Shown in pieces: positions 58,762 to 64,000 of a stretch of DNA of 64,000 nucleotides; position 1 is the stretch's first letter; every line of letters begins with the position of its first letter. A model generated the notes under the pieces. That model saw only the letters and a list, made by a program, of their open reading frames with translations. It did not search any database and was not told the origin of the DNA. This DNA is from Sulfuritalea sp. (lineage in GTDB: Bacteria; Pseudomonadota; Gammaproteobacteria; Burkholderiales; Rhodocyclaceae), in the NCBI GenBank assembly GCA_016716965.1, contig JADJUP010000026.1:56604-120603 (forward strand), given 5' to 3'. A program made the position numbers and the translations under genes.

Positions 58762-59300
58762 ATGAAGCGATACTGCTGATCGAGGATGACGCGACTTTCA
58801 GCGCCGCACTGGCACGAGCCCTCAAGCGGCGCGGCCACGAAGTCTTTGTCGCAGCGACTCCCGAGGCGGCTCTGGAGCGGGCGCAGGCAGACGTGCCGGA
58901 CTGGGTCGTGCTCGACCTAAACCTTGATGGCGCATCGGGAATGGCGCTGCTCCCACGGCTGCGGAAGGCCATGCCCGAATGCCGCATCGTGGTGCTCACG
59001 GGCTACGCCAGCATCAGCACCGCCGTTGACGCAATCAAGCTGGGTGCCGTTCAGTACCTCGCCAAGCCGGTCGACGTCGATACGCTGTTGCGTGCCTTCG
59101 GCCATGCCCCGGGCACCGAGCCGGCGGTTGCGGACGCCGCACCGCCGGCGGCGCCGATGTCGGTGGATCGTATGGAGTGGGAACACATCCAGCGCGTGCT
59201 GCGCGAACACCAGGGCAACATATCGGCCACGGCAAGGGCGCTCAACATGCATCGCCGCACCCTGCAACGCAAGCTGCTCAAGCGTCCGGCGAAGCAGTAA
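58758..59300 (+). CDS. regA: Response regulator RegA/PrrA family
   Basis: MSVDRMEWEHIQRVL...NISATARALNMHRRTLQRKL. Confidence 0.92.
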   Translation: MNEAILLIEDDATFSAALARALKRRGHEVFVAATPEAALERAQADVPDWVVLDLNLDGASGMALLPRLRKAMPECRIVVLTGYASISTAVDAIKLGAVQYLAKPVDVDTLLRAFGHAPGTEPAVADAAPPAAPMSVDRMEWEHIQRVLREHQGNISATARALNMHRRTLQRKLLKRPAKQ

Positions 59301-59303
59301 AGG

Positions 59304-59789
59304 TCAAAATCCGACGGCGACGCGGTAGGGCACGGCGATCCGCTGCCTGCCGGATTCCACCTGCACCGTCACTATCCAGTTCATTCCGCCGGAGACACAG
59401 ACCGGCAGCGAGGCTTCGCCCGCATGGCGACCGTTGCCGGTCGCTGCGAGTTCGATCCGGTTGTAGCCCATGTTCATCGTCTCGCCGGCGAAATCGACTT
59501 CCACTTTGCTCGCCTGAATACCGGTGAGCAGTACTTCGACGCGCAGCGGCGTCAGGATTGGAATCGGCCGCGGCGCGATCGACAGCTCGATGCGCGTGCC
59601 ATCCGGCAGGACGGCGGCGCAGGCCTGGCGCTGCAGGTCACACCCGTCTTGCGGCTTCGCCGTGACATCGGCCTTCGGCAGCAGCAGGGGTGACCAGTAA
59701 TAGCCGGCGCCGGCGATGCCGACGAGGATGGCGAGCATCGCCAGCGTGACCAGGCTGGAACCGGACTTTTGGGCAGGTTCTTCGGCCAT
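59304..59789 (-). CDS. Membrane-anchored hypothetical protein (YtkA/FixH-like)
   Basis: One N-terminal TM helix; C-x6-C, GETMNMG and LPVC motifs. Confidence 0.7.
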   Translation of the reverse strand: MAEEPAQKSGSSLVTLAMLAILVGIAGAGYYWSPLLLPKADVTAKPQDGCDLQRQACAAVLPDGTRIELSIAPRPIPILTPLRVEVLLTGIQASKVEVDFAGETMNMGYNRIELAATGNGRHAGEASLPVCVSGGMNWIVTVQVESGRQRIAVPYRVAVGF

Positions 59790-59834
59790 TACTTATCCAT
59801 GCATAGGTCGATTCGATCGATTGCGTTCGGCGGA

Positions 59835-59848
59835 TTGATTCTGGTCAA
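59835..59848. promoter_or_regulatory. FNR/DNR box upstream of nosZ
   Basis: TTGAT-TCTG-GTCAA; 15 of 16 nt identical to the nirS box including the trailing GG. Confidence 0.78.
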
Positions 59849-59877
59849 GGCCGACAAGGGGTGTTCCGGTTCAAAGT

Positions 59878-59892
59878 GCGACAAATTGCCGC
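59878..59892. promoter_or_regulatory. RegA/RegR box upstream of nosZ
   Basis: GCGAC-AAATT-GCCGC, the reverse complement of GCGGC-N5-GTCGC. Confidence 0.65.
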
Positions 59893-59971
59893 AGGACGAA
59901 TGGCGGCGTGCCGAAGTTGGACGCATACAGGGCAGCAATTGGAAGTATCAACCGGAATGGGAGCAAAAAAC

Positions 59972-62260
59972 ATGAAACAGTTTAGCAAGCAAGCCACCAC
60001 GCTGCTGTTGGCGGCCGGGATGGGCATGGCGGCGACCGCATTGGCGGCCGAAAGCCTGCAGGACGTGCTCAAGGCGCGCGGCCTGAGCCAGCAGGATCTG
60101 CTGGCGGCGGCCAAGACCTACGTGCCGACCGGCAAGCGCGACGAGTTCGTCGCCTTCAGTTCGGGCGGCCAGTCGGGCCAGGTCATCGTCTATGCCATTC
60201 CGTCGATGCGCATCCTCAAGTACATCGGCGTGTTCACGCCGGAACCCTGGCAGGGCTACGGCTTTGACGAAAGCTCGAAGAAGGTGCTGGCCGGCGGCCG
60301 CATCGACGGCAAGGACATCACCTGGGGCGACACGCACCATCCGGCGATCTCCGAGACCAATGGCGAGTACGACGGCCAGTTCCTCTTCATCAACGACAAG
60401 GCCAATCCGCGCCTGGCGGTGATCGACCTGCGCGACTTCGAAACCAAGCAGATCGTGGTCAACCCGATCTTCAAGTCGGAGCACGGCGGCGCTTTCGTCA
60501 GCTCCAACACCGAGTACGTGATCGAGGCCGCGCAGTATGCCGCGCCGCTGGAGAACAAGAAGTTCTTCCCGCTCGAAGAGTTCAATGAAAAGTATCGTGG
60601 CGGCGTGACCTACTGGAAGTTCGATCGCAAGGAAGGGCGCATCGATACCAAGAAGTCGTTCTCGCTCGAACTGCCTCCCTACTCGCAAGACCTCTCGGAC
60701 TTCGGCAAGGGGCCGTCCGACGGCTGGTCGTTCACCAACTCGTTCTGTTCCGAGCGCTACGTCGGCGGCATCGAAAAGGGCCGTCCGCCGTATGAAGCCG
60801 GCTGTTCGGCCAAGGACACCGACTACCTGCACGTGATCAACTGGAAGAAGGCCGCCGAACTGGTGGCCCAGGGCAAGGCCAAGAAAATCAACGGCCATGA
60901 CGTAATCATGATGGAAACGGCAATCAAGGAAGGCATCCTCTTCCTGGTACCCGAGCCCAAGTCGCCGCACGGCGTCGACGTGACCCCGGACGGCAAGTTC
61001 CTCACCGTCGCCGGCAAGCTCGACACGCACGTGTCCGTCTATTCCTTCGAGAAGATCATGGCCGCCATCAAGGCCGGCAAGTTCGAATCCAAGGACGCCT
61101 ACGGGATTCCGGTGATCGGCATGAAGGATGCGCTGCATACGCAGGTTGCGCTCGGCCTCGGCCCGCTGCATACCCAGTACGACAGCAAACCCTGCGTGGC
61201 CTACACGTCGCTGTACGTCGACTCGCAGGTGGCCAAGTGGAACTTCTGCGAAGGCAAGGTGCTCGACAAGATCAGCGTGCACTACAACATCGGCCATCTG
61301 ATGACCATGGAAGGCGATTCGACCAAGCCGGCCGGCAAGTACCTCGTCGCGCTGAACAAGCTCGCCATCGACCGCTTCGTGCCGACCGGACCGCTGCATC
61401 CGCAGAACCACCAGCTGATCGACATCAGCAACGACAAGATGCAGTTGCTGTATGACATGCCGCTGCCGCTGGGCGAGCCGCACTATGTCGTCGCCATCGA
61501 TGCCAAGAAGCTGAAGCCCGCCGTGCGCTACAAGGTCGGCACCGACAGCCGCACCGACAAGGCACACCCGGGTGCGGTGCGCGCCGGCGAGGAGAAAGTG
61601 GTCAAGAAGGGCAACAAGGTCGAAGTCTTCGCCACCCTGATCCGCTCGCACATCACGCCGGAAACCATCGAAGTCGATGTCGGCGACGAAGTGACGATCA
61701 ACCTGACCAACCTCGAGCGCGCGCAGGACGAAACCCACGGCTTCACCGTATCGACCTACAACGTGCATGCGTCGGTCGAGCCGGGCAAGACTGTTGCGGT
61801 GAAGTTCAAGGCCGACAAGGAAGGTGTCTATCCCTACTACTGCACGGAGTTCTGTTCCGCGCTGCACCTGGAGATGCAGGGCTACCTGCTGGTCAAGCCG
61901 AAGGGCTGGAAGCCGACCAAGACGACGCTGGCCAAGGGTAGCTACACCGAAGCCGACTACAAGGCGACAGTGAAGAAGGTGGCCGACACCCAGGCGATCA
62001 TCGACTCCGTCGTGGCCTACATCACCAGCGTGAACTACAAGGACTTCCCGGATGTCGTGGCCATGGTCGAGGATGCGTTCGACCAGTTGGGCAAGACCAA
62101 GGGCCTGAAGGAGAAGCATGAAGGCTTCGCCGCCAAGAAGGATTGGGAAAACGCCAACCTGTGGGCAGAGCAGATCTGGCAATACCAGGTCAAGACCGCC
62201 GACCTCGGTTTGCGCGCCAAGACTTACCTCGAGCAGAACGGGGCCAAGAAGGTCAAGTAA
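59972..62260 (+). CDS. nosZ: Nitrous-oxide reductase, clade II (Sec-dependent)
   Basis: Sec signal without RR; DTHHP, EHGG, PHGVD, PLHTQ, HYNIGH; CuA THG...CTEFCSALHLEM; about 115 aa C-terminal extension. Confidence 0.96.
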   Translation: MKQFSKQATTLLLAAGMGMAATALAAESLQDVLKARGLSQQDLLAAAKTYVPTGKRDEFVAFSSGGQSGQVIVYAIPSMRILKYIGVFTPEPWQGYGFDESSKKVLAGGRIDGKDITWGDTHHPAISETNGEYDGQFLFINDKANPRLAVIDLRDFETKQIVVNPIFKSEHGGAFVSSNTEYVIEAAQYAAPLENKKFFPLEEFNEKYRGGVTYWKFDRKEGRIDTKKSFSLELPPYSQDLSDFGKGPSDGWSFTNSFCSERYVGGIEKGRPPYEAGCSAKDTDYLHVINWKKAAELVAQGKAKKINGHDVIMMETAIKEGILFLVPEPKSPHGVDVTPDGKFLTVAGKLDTHVSVYSFEKIMAAIKAGKFESKDAYGIPVIGMKDALHTQVALGLGPLHTQYDSKPCVAYTSLYVDSQVAKWNFCEGKVLDKISVHYNIGHLMTMEGDSTKPAGKYLVALNKLAIDRFVPTGPLHPQNHQLIDISNDKMQLLYDMPLPLGEPHYVVAIDAKKLKPAVRYKVGTDSRTDKAHPGAVRAGEEKVVKKGNKVEVFATLIRSHITPETIEVDVGDEVTINLTNLERAQDETHGFTVSTYNVHASVEPGKTVAVKFKADKEGVYPYYCTEFCSALHLEMQGYLLVKPKGWKPTKTTLAKGSYTEADYKATVKKVADTQAIIDSVVAYITSVNYKDFPDVVAMVEDAFDQLGKTKGLKEKHEGFAAKKDWENANLWAEQIWQYQVKTADLGLRAKTYLEQNGAKKVK

Positions 62261-62283
62261 TTAACGCAGGTCAATGCAGGTCA

Positions 62284-62310
62284 CAGGGGGCAGATCTACT
62301 CTGCCCCCTG
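62284..62310 (+). terminator. Hairpin after nosZ
   Basis: CAGGGGGCAG-ATCTACT-CTGCCCCCTG followed by TTCATTTT. Confidence 0.55.
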
Positions 62311-62334
62311 TTCATTTTGATGAAAGGGATACCC

Positions 62335-62643
62335 ATGAAACTGAAATTGATTCTGGCGGCCACCGCCGCGCTGGCTTTCGCCGCTCCCGCCATGGCCGAC
62401 GGCAAGGCGCTGTACCTTGAAAAGACCTGCGTCGCCTGCCATGGCAAGGATGCCAAGAAGCCGCTGACGCCCGAGTATCCGAAGCTCGCCGGACAGAATG
62501 CCAAATACGCCGAACGCCAGATGCTCGACATCAAGAGCGGCGCGCGCGCCAACGGCAATTCGGCGGCGATGAAGGGAGTGATGCATCTGGTCTCCGAGGC
62601 GGAAATCAAGGAACTCGCCAAATATTTGTCCGAGATCAAGTAA
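62335..62643 (+). CDS. Monoheme cytochrome c (NosC1-like)
   Basis: Signal peptide; CVACH, YPKLAGQ. Confidence 0.88.
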   Translation: MKLKLILAATAALAFAAPAMADGKALYLEKTCVACHGKDAKKPLTPEYPKLAGQNAKYAERQMLDIKSGARANGNSAAMKGVMHLVSEAEIKELAKYLSEIK

Positions 62644-62666
62644 GCGGGAGCCTCGCGGTCCGGCGC

Positions 62667-62680
62667 TTGATGTCCATCAA
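62667..62680 (+). promoter_or_regulatory. Consensus FNR/DNR box
   Basis: TTGAT-GTCC-ATCAA, 60 bp before the next ATG. Confidence 0.85.
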
Positions 62681-62740
62681 TGAGCGCTGATATACCCGAT
62701 GGGATCATCGCTTCAGGCCAACCAACATAGAGGAATAGAC

Positions 62741-63478
62741 ATGCACAAGATACTCACCGTGGCATTTTCGCTGGCTCTGCTACCTGCCTTTGCCCTGGCA
62801 GGCCCGCCGGCACCCAAGGCCGCCGGCATCGAGTCCAAGGATTACCAGTGGGCCAAGATGGAAGGTGAGCTGAAGGAAGCGCTGGACAAGAAGGGCGACA
62901 TCAAGCGCGGCAAGGAAACCTACGAAATCTGCGGCGCCTGCCACCTGCCTTCCGGCGCCGGCCGTCCCGACGGCACCTTTCCGCAGCTCGCCGGCCAGCA
63001 CACGACGGTGCTGATCAAGCAGATGGCCGACATCCGCGTCGGCCTGCGCGACAACCCGACGATGTACCCCTTCGCCAAGGAAATGACCGATCCGCAGGAT
63101 CTGGCCGACACCGCGGCCTACATCCAGTCGCTATGCATTCCCATCGACCACGGCAAGTATGACGGCCCGGACGCGGCCAAGCAGGTCGCGGCCGGCAAGG
63201 AACTTTATGAAAAGCAGTGCGTCGAGTGCCACAAGGCGAACGGCGAGGGCGTCAAGGAAAAGTTCTATCCCGTGCTCGCCGGCCAGCATTACAAGTACCT
63301 GCTGCGTCAGATGACGGAGATCCGCGACGGGCATCGGCGCAACGCCAATCCGGACATGGTCAAGGTGATCAAGCCCTATACCAATGAGCAGCTGGTGGCG
63401 ATATCGGCCTACCAGTCGAGCCTTTCGATGCCGGGCGCGATGTGCAAGGCGGCGGCCAAGGGCGGCAAGAAGAAATAA
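62741..63478 (+). CDS. Diheme cytochrome c4-type (NosC2-like)
   Basis: Signal peptide; CGACH and CVECH. Confidence 0.88.
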   Translation: MHKILTVAFSLALLPAFALAGPPAPKAAGIESKDYQWAKMEGELKEALDKKGDIKRGKETYEICGACHLPSGAGRPDGTFPQLAGQHTTVLIKQMADIRVGLRDNPTMYPFAKEMTDPQDLADTAAYIQSLCIPIDHGKYDGPDAAKQVAAGKELYEKQCVECHKANGEGVKEKFYPVLAGQHYKYLLRQMTEIRDGHRRNANPDMVKVIKPYTNEQLVAISAYQSSLSMPGAMCKAAAKGGKKK

Positions 63479-63492
63479 TATCGATCCGACGC

Positions 63493-63517
63493 TTCCGCGC
63501 TCCACCGGAGCGCGGAA
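63493..63517 (+). terminator. Stem-loop after the cytochrome gene
   Basis: TTCCGCGCTCC-ACC-GGAGCGCGGAA. Confidence 0.45.
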
Positions 63518-63556
63518 CGCAGGCGGACAAAAGCCTCCCCTGACATCGAGCACATC

Positions 63557-64000
63557 ATGCAAGACCAAAAAAAGCAGAATCGACTGATCACGGTACTGAC
63601 CCTGATCGCCCTGGCGGCACTGATCGCCTCGTATTTCTCACCGATCTGGTGGGTGTCGCTGACCGCGCCCAATTACCCGAAGGATGCTTTCCCGGACGGC
63701 ATTCGCATCCATTTCCATTTCGATGGCGTTTATAACGGCTGCCGCGCTGCAGGCAAGGGCACGCGCATGGCCGACGAGGTACTGCAGAAGGACCTCGATC
63801 ATTCGGTGGAACGCTACAACCCCATCCTCGACAAGAAGCAGAACGTCAACACGGGTGCCGAGGGCCTGGACTGCGTGCACGAGATGAACACCATCAACCA
63901 CTACGTCGGCATGTTTCCGATTTCGACCGGGGCGCCGGTCGAAAAGCCGATGGCCAAGTTCTTCTTCGGCTTCTTCGCCGTGATGCTGCTGGGCTTCATC
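63557..64000 (+). CDS. nosB: NosB-like membrane protein of clade II nos clusters (partial, runs off the window)
   Basis: Manual translation MQDQKKQNRLITVL...PIWWVSLTAPNYP...HEMNTINHYVGM. Confidence 0.8.
   Translation, partial: MQDQKKQNRLITVLTLIALAALIASYFSPIWWVSLTAPNYPKDAFPDGIRIHFHFDGVYNGCRAAGKGTRMADEVLQKDLDHSVERYNPILDKKQNVNTGAEGLDCVHEMNTINHYVGMFPISTGAPVEKPMAKFFFGFFAVMLLGFI

Overview
GC-rich betaproteobacterial chromosome segment, most consistent with Rhodocyclales/Sterolibacteriaceae (inferred from gene content, not from a marker gene). Blocks in order: (1) a partial PAS histidine kinase, fatty-acyl genes and bamD/rluD/pgeF; (2) a PHB locus phaC-phaB-phaB-phaR followed by rimO, a patatin and an FAD oxidase, where phaC is split by a +1 G in a GGGG run at 8161-8164; (3) tRNA-Ala(GGC) and tRNA-Glu(TTC); (4) a six-gene itaconate/methylsuccinate-type catabolic cluster, then MFS and OYE genes ending in a stranded MCP C-terminal remnant; (5) a ~17 kb neutral-lipid cluster; (6) a cobalamin-riboswitch-controlled B12 uptake locus with a compositionally mosaic TonB receptor and a one-Cys DksA; (7) a denitrification supercluster nirS-T-B-cupredoxin-C-F-DL-G-H, regBA and clade II nosZ-nosC1-nosC2-nosB, with DNR/FNR and RegA boxes. 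The best candidate for an undescribed system is block 5. It combines a WS/DGAT, a cyanobacterial acyl-ACP-reductase-like enzyme with a histone-like tail, an Fe-ADH, FadD, ACBP, lipases and an alcohol/aldehyde oxidation arm with Pseudomonas-type granule proteins (PhaF, PhaD-like TetR, 'PHA-system' protein), suggesting a wax-ester storage and turnover module. All calls are by eye from the sequence and ORF track; no searches were run.
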